Shown here piece by piece: positions 9,877-18,935 of a stretch of 64,000 nucleotides of DNA (the stretch's first letter is position 1; every line of letters begins with the position of its first letter). Under the pieces are notes generated by a model. It saw nothing but the letters and a program-made list of their open reading frames with translations. It ran no database searches and was not told where the DNA came from. The stretch is from an uncultured Woeseiaceae bacterium (GTDB lineage: Bacteria > Pseudomonadota > Gammaproteobacteria > Steroidobacterales > Woeseiaceae). A program made the translations under genes and the position numbers. The stretch is from positions 7,553 to 71,552 of the forward strand of contig CAMYJB010000024.1 of assembly GCA_947258565.1 (NCBI GenBank), read 5' to 3'.

Positions 9877-10893
9877 ATGAGCAGGGGTTCGAGCCCGACG
9901 CAAGACCGCGCGACACAACGGTTGCCGAACCGTTTCGGTTTCCTGCTGATTGAAGACTTTACGCTGATCTCGATGTCGTCAGCGATCGAGACTTTGCGCA
10001 TGGCGAATCGACTCTCGGGAGAAGACGTCTACGCGTGGAAGACGATCTCGGAAACGGGCGAGGGGGTATGCGCGAGCGATGGCTTGTGCATCAGTGCGGA
10101 TCGCGGCATCGATGATCCTGACGTGCTCCGGGATATCGACGCGATTATCGTCTGCGGCGGCAGACGCGTGGAAAAGCGCACTACCGAGCCGGTGCTCCGC
10201 TGGCTGAGGAAAGCGGCTAATGCCGGCCTGCAACTCGGCTCGACGTGCACCGGGAGTTTCGTCCTGGCGAAGGCCGGGCTGCTGGACGGCTACCGCTGCA
10301 GCATTCACTGGGAGAACATCGCGTCATTGACGGACACGTTTCCCAGGGTCCAGGTGCGCCGCAGTATCTACACGATCGACAGGGATCGTCTGACAAGTTC
10401 TGGCGGGACGACACCGATCGACATGATGCTTTACCTGGTGCGCAGGCACTGCGGTCCGGAGGTAACGGCAGGTGTCGCCGAACAGTTCGTTTACGAGCGG
10501 GTCCGCAACCCCGACGACCTGCAGCGCGTCCCGTTGCGTCACTTCGTGGGTAAGCAGTCAATGAAACTGGTCACCGCGGTGGAACTCATGGAGGCCAACA
10601 TCAGGGAACCGATCAGTCAGATCGAGCTTGCCGACTACGTCGACTTGTCGCGCCGGCAGCTGCAGCGGCTATTCCAGAAATACCTGCTGTGCACGCCGTC
10701 GCGCTATTACCTGCAGTTGCGTTTGCAGCGCGCCCGGGAGCTGTTGTTGCAGACGGACCTGAGTCTCGTCGAGATCGGAGCGCAGACCGGCTTCGTATCC
10801 AATTCGCATTTCAGCAAGAGTTACAAGGAGTTGTACGGTCATTCGCCGAGTAGCGAGCGTCGCGGCGGCCGGGTATCGTCAGATTCTCAATGA
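9877..10893 (+). CDS. GlxA/GbdR-family AraC regulator (DJ-1/PfpI domain plus AraC HTH)
   Basis: FTLISMSSAIETLRMANR, CTGSFVLAKAGLLDG, IHWE, LSRRQLQRLF, GF.SNSHFSKSY; start could be 9841 or 9877. Confidence 0.92.
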   Translation: MSRGSSPTQDRATQRLPNRFGFLLIEDFTLISMSSAIETLRMANRLSGEDVYAWKTISETGEGVCASDGLCISADRGIDDPDVLRDIDAIIVCGGRRVEKRTTEPVLRWLRKAANAGLQLGSTCTGSFVLAKAGLLDGYRCSIHWENIASLTDTFPRVQVRRSIYTIDRDRLTSSGGTTPIDMMLYLVRRHCGPEVTAGVAEQFVYERVRNPDDLQRVPLRHFVGKQSMKLVTAVELMEANIREPISQIELADYVDLSRRQLQRLFQKYLLCTPSRYYLQLRLQRARELLLQTDLSLVEIGAQTGFVSNSHFSKSYKELYGHSPSSERRGGRVSSDSQ

Positions 10894-11327
10894 ACCGTGA
10901 TACAGGTGCACGGCGCCGAATGGTTGACTTTGTGGGACACACTACCAAGCAGTAAACTGCCGAAATCTCCGAGCCCCCGGCTGCCTATGACGATGCAGTC
11001 TGCCTCGTTTTCTTTCGCCGACGCCACGATCTCGGCAGCCGGATCACCACCGCGTAATTCAGTCGTTACTTTATCGCGAAGTTTCTCCCCGGCGATCTCG
11101 CTCGCCGCATCGATCAGCGTGCGGCCGGCGTTCTCTATCTGCTCGCGTCCGGCGTGAATCATGATGGATGCACCGCCAAGCACCATCACGCGGTCCGCCG
11201 CCGAACCTTGCGGAACGTGAACGATGTGCAACGACGCGTCGAATTTCTGCGCCAGTTCGCTGGCGAATTCGAGTGCCTTTTTCGAGTATTCCGATCCGTC
11301 TACCGCAACGAGGATCTTCTGCAACAT
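10887..11327 (-). CDS. Universal stress protein (UspA family)
   Basis: KILVAVDGSEYS, GDPAAEI, IVIGSRGLG...LLGSVSHKV; GGAGG RBS before ATG 11327. Confidence 0.95.
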   Translation of the reverse strand: MLQKILVAVDGSEYSKKALEFASELAQKFDASLHIVHVPQGSAADRVMVLGGASIMIHAGREQIENAGRTLIDAASEIAGEKLRDKVTTELRGGDPAAEIVASAKENEADCIVIGSRGLGDFGSLLLGSVSHKVNHSAPCTCITVH

Positions 11328-11349
11328 GCCTGCCTCCGGGGCTGATGTC

Positions 11350-11369
11350 GTTCTGTTACCATACAGAAC
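11350..11369. promoter_or_regulatory. Inverted repeat GTTCTGT-N6-ACAGAAC, candidate operator between divergent usp and XRE genes
   Basis: Perfect 7-bp arms in an 80-bp divergent intergenic region. Confidence 0.45.
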
Positions 11370-11407
11370 ATGGATTAACAGTGTCGAGGACGACAAGGTA
11401 GCCGTAA

Positions 11408-11791
11408 ATGTTTCTGACGGAAGACAGCGATCACTCCGGTTCTGCTGATACGCTCGGCGGGCGCATTGTTCATGCGCGTGAAGCGCAGGAACTGACGACG
11501 TCGCAGCTGGCCCGGCGTTTGGGCATCAAGACCGACACCTTGCACGATTGGGAATCAGATCGCGCGGAGCCGCGGTCCAATCGTCTGCTGACGCTTGCCG
11601 GGATGCTCAACGTAAGCCCGACCTGGTTGCTGACCGGAGCCGGCGAGGCGCCGGTCGATGCGCTTAATGAAACAGAGATGATGCACATCCGCGAGTGTGT
11701 CGAACGAATGCGCGAGCAGGTAACGACGGTGGTCGACGAACTCGAGCAGTTACAGAAGCGCCTCGAGTCCTACGAGAGCTACCGGGCCTGA
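11408..11791 (+). CDS. XRE-family HTH transcriptional regulator with C-terminal coiled coil
   Basis: LGGRIVHARE...QLARRLGI...WESDRAEPR..RLLTLAGMLNVSPTWLLTGAG. Confidence 0.9.
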   Translation: MFLTEDSDHSGSADTLGGRIVHAREAQELTTSQLARRLGIKTDTLHDWESDRAEPRSNRLLTLAGMLNVSPTWLLTGAGEAPVDALNETEMMHIRECVERMREQVTTVVDELEQLQKRLESYESYRA

Positions 11792-11814
11792 CTGCCCGAC
11801 GTCGAGATTCCCAT

Positions 11815-12153
11815 TCAGGCCAGCTTCGCGCCGTTAGGTACTTCACCGTCGACGCTGGCGAGTACGACACTATTGTCGTCGCGATGGAAGCCGGTGACGA
11901 GGCATTCCGACTTGAACGGCCCGATCTGTTTCGGGGGGAAATTGACGACCGCGATGATCTGTTTGCCGACGAGATCCTCCACGGTGTAGAGATCGGTGAT
12001 CTGAGCGCTCGACTTCTTGCGCCCGATGTCCGGGCCGAATTCGATGAGCAGTTTGTAGGCGGGCACGCGGGCCTCGGGAAACGCCTCCGCACTGACGATC
12101 GTTCCGGCTCTTAGTTCGACCCGTTCGAAGTCGCTCCACTGGATTGCGTCCAT
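11815..12153 (-). CDS. csaA: CsaA tRNA-binding/export chaperone
   Basis: FERVELRAGTI, KKSSAQIT, VVNFPPKQIGPFKSECLVTG, VPNGAKL. Confidence 0.93.
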   Translation of the reverse strand: MDAIQWSDFERVELRAGTIVSAEAFPEARVPAYKLLIEFGPDIGRKKSSAQITDLYTVEDLVGKQIIAVVNFPPKQIGPFKSECLVTGFHRDDNSVVLASVDGEVPNGAKLA

Positions 12154-13404
12154 CTAGCTCTCCTCTTCCGTCAGGTGCTGGATTTCTTCGTCATAAACCT
12201 GCGACGCGGTATGCGCCGTCGCGAGTGCGTCGCCGAACGCCATGTGTGCCTCATCGGGCGTGCTTTCCCGGCGTAGCATGCGGTATGCCACGAACACGGC
12301 GAGACACAGATGCACCAGCCCGGTAAACGCGAACATACCTGCTGCATTCGTCCACGTCATGAGCGTCGACGCGATGAAAGGTCCCAGGATCGCGCCGATG
12401 CCGTACATCAGCAGGAGGCCGCTCGAGATCATGACGTAGTCGTCGGCCTCCGCGAAATCGTTGGCGTGCGCGACCGCAATCGCGTAGAGAGGGAAGGCGA
12501 TGGCGCCCCACAGCAGTCCTGCGGCGCTGGCTGAGATGAACGTCAGGCTGCCCGTCCACGTTACGATTCCCCCCGATATGCCGACGCCAATTGTTGCTGC
12601 CGCGATGAGGATCTTGCGACGACCTATCTTGTCCGAAAGGTAGCCTAGCGGCCATTGCGACAGTGCCCCACCGATCACGGTTGCCGTCATGAACCATGCG
12701 GCGAGCGACGGCTCGGGCGTGATGGAGTTCGTGAACACCGGTGCCAGCGACCAGAACGTGCCGTTGGCGAGCCCGGTGGCGAGGCAGCCAATGGTCGCCG
12801 CCGGAGAGATTCGAAACAGCCGCCGCACGTTCACGTCGACCCTTTGCGGAATCTCCGGCGAGGGTGAGGTCGAAAGCGCGACCGGAATTGCCCCGAGCGA
12901 TACCAGGACCGAGGCGATCGCGAAAAGCTGCAGGCCGGACGGATCATAGAGCAGCGTCATCATCTGGCCGCCCGCCAGCACGGAGAGGGAAATCATGACG
13001 TACGTCGAGAACACGATGCCGCGATTCTCGTTCGTGGCGCGTTCGTTCAACCAGCTCTCGATGACGACATAGAGAACGGCAAAGCAGAACCCGGAAAGCA
13101 TGCGCAGCAAGGCCCACGCGACAGGGCTCAGGAAGAGCCCGTGTACGAGCGGTGCCGCCGAACCGAGCGCCGTCATCGCGAGAAACACCCGCACGTGGCC
13201 GACGCGGGCGACCAGATCGCCACCACGCAGGCAGCCGAGCGTAAAGCCGAAGAAATAAGCCGCGCCCATGACGCCGATCGAGACCGTTGAGAACGCTTCC
13301 AGCGAAGCGCGAACGGGCAGCAGCGTGCCCTGCAGCCCCTGGCCGGTGAGCAGTATGGAGACGCCGATCAGGAGTGCGGCAACGGGGGCGAGAGCATGCT
13401 TCAT
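12154..13404 (-). CDS. MFS transporter, YcaD-like
   Basis: About 12 hydrophobic segments; GHVRVF, VIESWLNE, QWPLGYLSDKIGRR, YAIAVAHAND; stop abuts the csaA start. Confidence 0.9.
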   Translation of the reverse strand: MKHALAPVAALLIGVSILLTGQGLQGTLLPVRASLEAFSTVSIGVMGAAYFFGFTLGCLRGGDLVARVGHVRVFLAMTALGSAAPLVHGLFLSPVAWALLRMLSGFCFAVLYVVIESWLNERATNENRGIVFSTYVMISLSVLAGGQMMTLLYDPSGLQLFAIASVLVSLGAIPVALSTSPSPEIPQRVDVNVRRLFRISPAATIGCLATGLANGTFWSLAPVFTNSITPEPSLAAWFMTATVIGGALSQWPLGYLSDKIGRRKILIAAATIGVGISGGIVTWTGSLTFISASAAGLLWGAIAFPLYAIAVAHANDFAEADDYVMISSGLLLMYGIGAILGPFIASTLMTWTNAAGMFAFTGLVHLCLAVFVAYRMLRRESTPDEAHMAFGDALATAHTASQVYDEEIQHLTEEES

Positions 13405-13597
13405 GGCAGCGAATTCTGGTCTTTCGAACGGCGCTTTGGAAGCAAAACCTTGCTCAACCTGTCCGGAGAAAATCGCTGGATCCAAGATGACCGGAAATGA
13501 CCAGCCGAATCGGTATCCGGACAAGAGCGGCGTGGCCCCGATCCGGAAGATCAACGTCGTCGCCGGGATCGAATCCCGGCATGGACGGAGACGGACG

Positions 13598-13705
13598 ATG
13601 ACGAGTCTTTACGAATCAAAACCGCGACAGCGCCGCCTGGGCTGGGTCTGGGTGTGGGCCGCTCTCGTGATCTACTTCGCGTTCGAAGTTGCGAGGCTGT
13701 CGTGA
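13598..13705 (+). CDS. Putative 35-aa single-TM small protein
   Basis: GGAG RBS at 13587 and ATG 13598; MTSLYESKPRQRRLGWVWVWAALVIYFAFEVARLS has a basic N-terminus then one hydrophobic helix. Confidence 0.5.
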   Translation: MTSLYESKPRQRRLGWVWVWAALVIYFAFEVARLS

Positions 13706-13902
13706 ATACGCGCTGCGCGAACATCTGGGTCTACGACGACGAAGGTCGCGACGTGGTTCCGCCGTTCCTGGTGGGAGAAGTAGCCGGCAGCCTGTCGATC
13801 GACGCGGATCGCGAACAGCTTCGGCGGTTTGCCAAGTCCATCCTGGAATGGCTTGCTCGCACAGAGCGAGACGGCGGTGCCTCAATCCACAGGCTTCAAT
13901 AA
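13702..13902 (+). CDS. Putative 66-aa hypothetical protein
   Basis: GTG start overlaps the upstream TGA (GTGA coupling); fills the gap up to the nadQ stop. Confidence 0.45.
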   Translation: MNTRCANIWVYDDEGRDVVPPFLVGEVAGSLSIDADREQLRRFAKSILEWLARTERDGGASIHRLQ

Positions 13903-13920
13903 CGCCCGGGTGTGGCAGTC

Positions 13921-14925
13921 TCAGCCTTCGCGACTGCGCATGATCGGCCGCGCGACGCCAACCGTGAGTTTCTCCCCGAGAACTTCACGCCGGAAGCGAA
14001 ACAGCTCCGCAGGCCGGCCGCGCCCGACGGTCGACGTACGGCCCACGGATTCGACAAGGTCGGCCGAGGTGACCAGGCGCCGGAAGTTCTGCTTGTGCAG
14101 TTTCGCGCCGGAGAGTGCCTCGACGACGCGCTGCAGCTGCAACAGCGTGAATTCACCCGGCATCAGGTCGAACACCACGGGGCGGTACGCCAGCTTGCCG
14201 CGCAGCCGGCCGAGCGCGGTTGCGAGTATGCGGCGATGGTCCGAAGCCAGCGGTATCCCCATATCGGCATACACGGACACATCGTCCGGGCAGGGTTCGC
14301 CGCTGACGGCGCAAGCGTCACGAACGGCCTCGTAGACGAGTCCGGCTTCATACAGGAGCTCGAATCGCTCATGCGCCAGTACGGCGTCCATATCCGAGGC
14401 TGCCGCGCCACCGAACGTTACGTTGACGCGTTCCTCGCGCTCCCTGCGCTTGTGATCCTTCTTCGCCTTGTTGGCCCATGCACGCAGCGAGGGCTCGATG
14501 TGCTTGTCGAGCACGGCCGGCCGGCCGCGCCGCCAGTCCTCCCAGGGCATGAAGCTGTACCAGTCGTGCCATTCGGCGTCGTAGCTTTCCACGACGTCTT
14601 CGTGCGTCAGTGCGATGTAGGCGACGGAGACCACTCGGGGACCGCCCTCGATCTCTACCGGGTCGCGAAAACGGTTGCCGAACGTATAAAGTTGCTCGAC
14701 GTAGTAGAGGTCCAGGCCCGTCTGCGCCTCGACCCAGCGCCGCAGGCTGCTCTCGAGGCTCGGATGGGTGGCCGGCTCGAACGGTCCGTTCGGCAGCGCG
14801 AGCGCGGTGTGCCCGGGCGTCGATGCCTCCCCGCGGTTCACGATCAGCAGGCGCGGCGTCTCGTCCGTCACCGCAACGATGACGGCGATCAGGTTCACCA
14901 CGGTTTCCGTAAAGTTCTGTTTCAA
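13921..14925 (-). CDS. nadQ: NadQ NAD-responsive repressor (degenerate Nudix plus wHTH)
   Basis: WVEAQTGL.L.YVEQLYTFG.R.R, PWEDWR.GRP, ERFELLYEAGL, DHRRILATALGRLRGK, LHKQNFRR; divergent from nadAB. Confidence 0.9.
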   Translation of the reverse strand: MKQNFTETVVNLIAVIVAVTDETPRLLIVNRGEASTPGHTALALPNGPFEPATHPSLESSLRRWVEAQTGLDLYYVEQLYTFGNRFRDPVEIEGGPRVVSVAYIALTHEDVVESYDAEWHDWYSFMPWEDWRRGRPAVLDKHIEPSLRAWANKAKKDHKRREREERVNVTFGGAAASDMDAVLAHERFELLYEAGLVYEAVRDACAVSGEPCPDDVSVYADMGIPLASDHRRILATALGRLRGKLAYRPVVFDLMPGEFTLLQLQRVVEALSGAKLHKQNFRRLVTSADLVESVGRTSTVGRGRPAELFRFRREVLGEKLTVGVARPIMRSREG

Positions 14926-14978
14926 TTAACTTTTTTAGATTGACGACCGGTTGCTGCCGGCATTCTGCTTGACACACT

Positions 14979-14999
14979 ATATGCTCTGCGTGAGTATAA
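14979..14999. promoter_or_regulatory. NadQ operator 1 (ATATGCTC-N5-GAGTATAA)
   Basis: Matches the ttATRCTC-N5-GAGYATaa palindrome; just downstream of TTGACA at 14969-14974. Confidence 0.85.
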
Positions 15000-15003
15000 A
15001 CAA

Positions 15004-15024
15004 ATATGCTCACTTGGAGCATAA
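15004..15024. promoter_or_regulatory. NadQ operator 2 (ATATGCTCACTTGGAGCATAA)
   Basis: Second copy of the palindrome, 25 bp from the first. Confidence 0.85.
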
Positions 15025-15071
15025 ATATTTGACCCCATATACAGAACAGCTGCACGAAACGCGGGTGATCC

Positions 15072-16070
15072 ATGCTTGCCAATATTGACTACACGCCGGA
15101 GGTCGCTGCGGCGACCGCGCCATATTACGATCACGTAAAGACCGTCATTCCGGCGGTCGAATGGCCCGTGCACGCCCCTTATGTCGCGGCGATCAACGCG
15201 CTCAAGAAGGAGCGCAACGCCGTGGTGCTGGCGCATAACTACATGACGCCGGAGATATTCCACTGTGTGGCCGACATTACCGGCGACTCACTCGCGCTGG
15301 CCCGCCGGGCCGTGGAGACGGACGCCGACGTCATCGTGATGGCGGGCGTGCATTTCATGGCGGAAACGGCAAAGTTGCTGAACCCCGAAAAGACGGTACT
15401 CATTCCGGACATGCGCGCCGGCTGCTCCCTCGCCGAGTCGATCACCGCGGCGGATATCCGCGGGCTGCGTGAAAAGCATCCCGGGGTACCCGTCGTCACC
15501 TACGTCAACACGTCAGCGGAGGTGAAAGCCGAGTCCGATATCTGCTGCACCTCGGGCAACGCCGTTGCGATCGTCGAGTCACTCGGCTGCGAGGAAGTCA
15601 TATTCCTGCCCGACGAATACCTGGCGAACTATGTCGCGCAGCAGACGAACGTCAGGATCATCACCTGGAAGGGCCATTGCGAGGTGCACGAACGGTTCAC
15701 GCCCCAGGAACTGGAGGAGTATCGCGCGAGCTATGACGACCTGACGATCATTGCGCACCCGGAGTGCCCTCCGGACGTTCTGGCGGTCGCGGACTTCGTC
15801 GGCTCCACAGCGCAGATGAGTCAGTACGTCGAGACCCGGCGGCCGAAACGCGTGCTGATGGTCACCGAATGCTCGATGAGCGACAACGTGGCGGCCGATG
15901 TGACCGACGTGGACTTCATCCGTCCCTGCAACCTGTGTCCGCACATGAAACGCATCACGCTGGCAAAGATCTACGAGTCGCTCGAGAACCTCGAGCCCCG
16001 CGTCGAGATCGACCCGAAAGTCGCGGAAAAAGCGCGCCACGCCGTGGCAAGAATGCTGGAACACGGTTAG
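15072..16070 (+). CDS. nadA: Quinolinate synthase
   Basis: [52 protein letters not shown]. Confidence 0.98.
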   Translation: MLANIDYTPEVAAATAPYYDHVKTVIPAVEWPVHAPYVAAINALKKERNAVVLAHNYMTPEIFHCVADITGDSLALARRAVETDADVIVMAGVHFMAETAKLLNPEKTVLIPDMRAGCSLAESITAADIRGLREKHPGVPVVTYVNTSAEVKAESDICCTSGNAVAIVESLGCEEVIFLPDEYLANYVAQQTNVRIITWKGHCEVHERFTPQELEEYRASYDDLTIIAHPECPPDVLAVADFVGSTAQMSQYVETRRPKRVLMVTECSMSDNVAADVTDVDFIRPCNLCPHMKRITLAKIYESLENLEPRVEIDPKVAEKARHAVARMLEHG

Positions 16071-16080
16071 GAGCATCGTC

Positions 16081-17700
16081 ATGCAGGAAAACCGGCCCAT
16101 CGATATCGCAGCCGATGACATCGTCGTCGTCGGCAGCGGCATGGCGGGACTCATCACGGCGTTGTCACTGGCCCCCAGGCCCGTGACATTGATTACCAAG
16201 ACAGCAACGCTGGAGAGCGGTTCGAGCCTGTGGGCCAAAGGCGGCATTGCTGCGGCGGTCGGGCCCGGAGATACGCCGGAGGCCCACGCCGAAGACACGC
16301 TGTCGGCGGGTGCCGGCCTCAGCGACCCGCGGCGAGCCCTCGCGCTGACCCGCGAAGGCGCAGAGAGCCTGCGCCTGCTGATTCACGAAGGCGTGCCCTT
16401 CGATCGCGCGCTGGACGGTACGCTCGAGCTCGCCCGCGAAGCCGCCCATGGCCGGCCCCGTATCGTTCATGCCGGCGGCGATGCCACCGGCCGCGTGATC
16501 ATGAGCGCGCTCATCGAGCGGGCCCGCAGGACGCCGTCCATCACTATTCTCAGGAGCACGTTCGCCCAGGACCTTATCGTTCAGGATGGCGCGGTTCGGG
16601 GATTGCTCGTCTTCGAGCACGGCAAGGGATGGAGTTGCCGGCATGCATCGCACGTCGTCCTCGCGACGGGCGGCATCGGCATGGCCTGGTGGCACACCAC
16701 CAATCCGGCCGAATCAACGGGTGACGGCCTGGCGATCGCCGCGCGCGCCGGCGCGGAACTTACCGATCTCGAATTCATGCAGTTCCATCCGACGGCGCTC
16801 GCCATCAATACCGACGCCGGTAACGCAAACCTGCCTTTGCTGACGGAGGCGCTGCGCGGGGCAGGAGCGCTGCTCGTGGATGAGGGTGGCGAACGCTTCA
16901 TGACGTCCATTCACCCCGAAGGCGAACTGGCGCCGCGCGATGTCGTGGCGCGTGCGATCGAGCAGAAGCTGGCACGGGGCGGCAGCGTGTACCTCGATAT
17001 GCGACCCGTCGTGGAGAGCGGTCACGCGGGCGAGTTTCCGGAGGCCGTGCATGCATGCCGCGATGCAGGCCTGGATCCCGCACGCGATCTCTTGCCCATC
17101 GTCCCGGCAGCGCATTATCACATGGGCGGCATTCACGTTGATGACGACGGCCACAGCTCGCTCGAAGGCCTCTGGGCCTGCGGTGAGGCTGCGAACACGG
17201 GCGTCCACGGCGCCAACCGGCTCGCGAGCAACTCGCTGCTCGAGGCGGTGGTCTACGCGAGACGGGTTGCCGGGGGCATTCGACGCATGCATACATCGCG
17301 CGACGAACTCCCGCTGCCCATTACCGACGCCCCCGACGCGCCGCTTCCGGGAACCGGTAAAGACCTCGATGCGATCATCACGGATACGCGACAGTCGGTA
17401 TCGAAGCACGTCGGTATCGTCCGTTCCGGACCGGGACTGCAGCGCGCACTGCGGCAGTTCCGTGCGCTGGATTGGCGGCTCGGCCAGATCGCCATGGGCG
17501 AAATGCATGACCCGGCGGCATCGTTCGATCGTGTGCTGCGGTGGAGCGAGGCGCGAAACCTGCTGCTCGTCGCACGGCTCGTCGCGCTGGCGGCACTCGA
17601 TCGCGAAGAGAGCCGTGGCGCGCATTTCCGCGAGGATTTCCCCATTGCGCTACCGGAATGGCAACGCCGCCAGTCGCTGACGGTGGACCGGCTGGCATAA
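16081..17700 (+). CDS. nadB: L-aspartate oxidase
   Basis: VGSGMAGL, S.WAKGGIAA, REAAH, QFHPT, LLTEALRG, ELAPRD, AHYHMGG, GVHGANRLASNSLLE, ESRGAHFR. Confidence 0.97.
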   Translation: MQENRPIDIAADDIVVVGSGMAGLITALSLAPRPVTLITKTATLESGSSLWAKGGIAAAVGPGDTPEAHAEDTLSAGAGLSDPRRALALTREGAESLRLLIHEGVPFDRALDGTLELAREAAHGRPRIVHAGGDATGRVIMSALIERARRTPSITILRSTFAQDLIVQDGAVRGLLVFEHGKGWSCRHASHVVLATGGIGMAWWHTTNPAESTGDGLAIAARAGAELTDLEFMQFHPTALAINTDAGNANLPLLTEALRGAGALLVDEGGERFMTSIHPEGELAPRDVVARAIEQKLARGGSVYLDMRPVVESGHAGEFPEAVHACRDAGLDPARDLLPIVPAAHYHMGGIHVDDDGHSSLEGLWACGEAANTGVHGANRLASNSLLEAVVYARRVAGGIRRMHTSRDELPLPITDAPDAPLPGTGKDLDAIITDTRQSVSKHVGIVRSGPGLQRALRQFRALDWRLGQIAMGEMHDPAASFDRVLRWSEARNLLLVARLVALAALDREESRGAHFREDFPIALPEWQRRQSLTVDRLA

Positions 17701-17797
17701 GCGTGTTGCGGCCGCGATCTCGGAATCTGCGGACTGACAGCCTGCCCTCGATACCCGAAACTCGTATTATCAGGTTGCGCCTGAGCGGAGTTCGTTG

Positions 17798-18709
17798 ATG
17801 TCGGTGGCCCTCTTCAATCGTGCTGTAGTCGCGGCAATGCCGTTCGTGCCGCGGCCGCTGGTCTGGCGATTCTCGCGTCGCTACATAGCGGGCGTAGGTC
17901 TGGAAGATGCTTACAGGACGGTGGGTGAACTCAATGCGTCGGATTGTTCCGCGACGATCGACGTGCTCGGAGAAGACAGCACGGATCGGGAACAGGTGCA
18001 GTCGGCCGTCGACCTGTACCTCGAGGCAATTCGCGACATTCATGCGAAGTCGCTCAACTGCGGAATCTCGATCAAGCTGTCCGAACTGGGCCTGCGATTC
18101 GATGTCGCGGGGTGCCGGGCAGCAGTACGCACGCTGATCAGGAGCGCCGCCGATCACGGCAGCTTCGTCCGGATTGATATGGAGGACTCGAGCGTGACGT
18201 CAGTGACGCTGGACATCTATCGCGAGATGAGGCGGGAGTTCGAAAACGTCGGGATCGTGATCCAGTCCTGCCTGCACCGCAGCGAACAGGATATCGACGA
18301 GCTGATCGGGGAAGGCCCCGCCGACGTCCGCCTTTGCAAGGGCATCTACATTGAGCCCGACGAAATAGCATTTGTCGATCCGGACGAAATACGTTGCTCA
18401 TTCAATAGACTACTCGAGCAATTGTTCGACGGTGGCGCGAGGCGCGTGGCGATCGCGACGCACGATCCACCGCTCGTCGAGCATGCCGAAGCGTTGATCG
18501 GGAAGATGGGCGTAAGCAAGGATCGCTATGAATTCCAGATGCTGCTCGGCGTGGCCGGTACTCTGCGTCGCGATCTCGTCGCGCGTGGCCATCCGCTGCG
18601 CGTCTACGTGCCGTTCGGGGATCGCTGGTATGCCTATTCAATGCGCCGGCTGCGCGAGAATCCGAATATCGCCGGGTACGTCGTGAGCAATCTGTTGAGC
18701 CGGAGTTGA
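17798..18709 (+). CDS. Monofunctional proline dehydrogenase
   Basis: RYIAG, IDVLGE, ISIKLS, RIDMED, VRLCKGIY.E, IATHD, EFQMLLG, VYVPFG..WYAYSMRRLRENP; about 303 aa with no P5CDH domain. Confidence 0.93.
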   Translation: MSVALFNRAVVAAMPFVPRPLVWRFSRRYIAGVGLEDAYRTVGELNASDCSATIDVLGEDSTDREQVQSAVDLYLEAIRDIHAKSLNCGISIKLSELGLRFDVAGCRAAVRTLIRSAADHGSFVRIDMEDSSVTSVTLDIYREMRREFENVGIVIQSCLHRSEQDIDELIGEGPADVRLCKGIYIEPDEIAFVDPDEIRCSFNRLLEQLFDGGARRVAIATHDPPLVEHAEALIGKMGVSKDRYEFQMLLGVAGTLRRDLVARGHPLRVYVPFGDRWYAYSMRRLRENPNIAGYVVSNLLSRS

Positions 18710-18711
18710 CG

Positions 18712-18754
18712 AAAAAAACCGCCTCCCCCTGACGGGTGAAGGAGGCGATTTTTT
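18712..18754. terminator. Bidirectional intrinsic terminator
   Basis: AAAAAAACCGCCTCC...GGAGGCGATTTTTT. Confidence 0.75.
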
Positions 18755-18763
18755 GTTCCGGGT

Positions 18764-18935
18764 TTGGTCGGGGTAACTGGATTGGGCGTGCTTCGCACGC
18801 CTGTCGCGCGACTGCGTCGCGCTCGGATGAACCAGAAAGCCGGTTCCATCCTGAACCACCAATCCAACAAAAAACGGCCGCCCTTTCAATTCAGGGGCGG
18901 CCGTTTTTCGCTGGATTGGTCGGGGTAACTGGATT
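18764..18935 (-). repeat. 20-bp direct repeat of the tRNA-Pro 3' end, 152 bp apart, enclosing a hairpin-rich spacer (att-like)
   Basis: TTGGTCGGGGTAACTGGATT at 18764-18783 and again at 18916-18935. Confidence 0.9.
18869..18908 (-). terminator. Intrinsic terminator downstream of tRNA-Pro
   Basis: AAAAACGGCCGCCC...GGGCGGCCGTTTTT; the stem extends imperfectly over 18858-18920. Confidence 0.85.
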
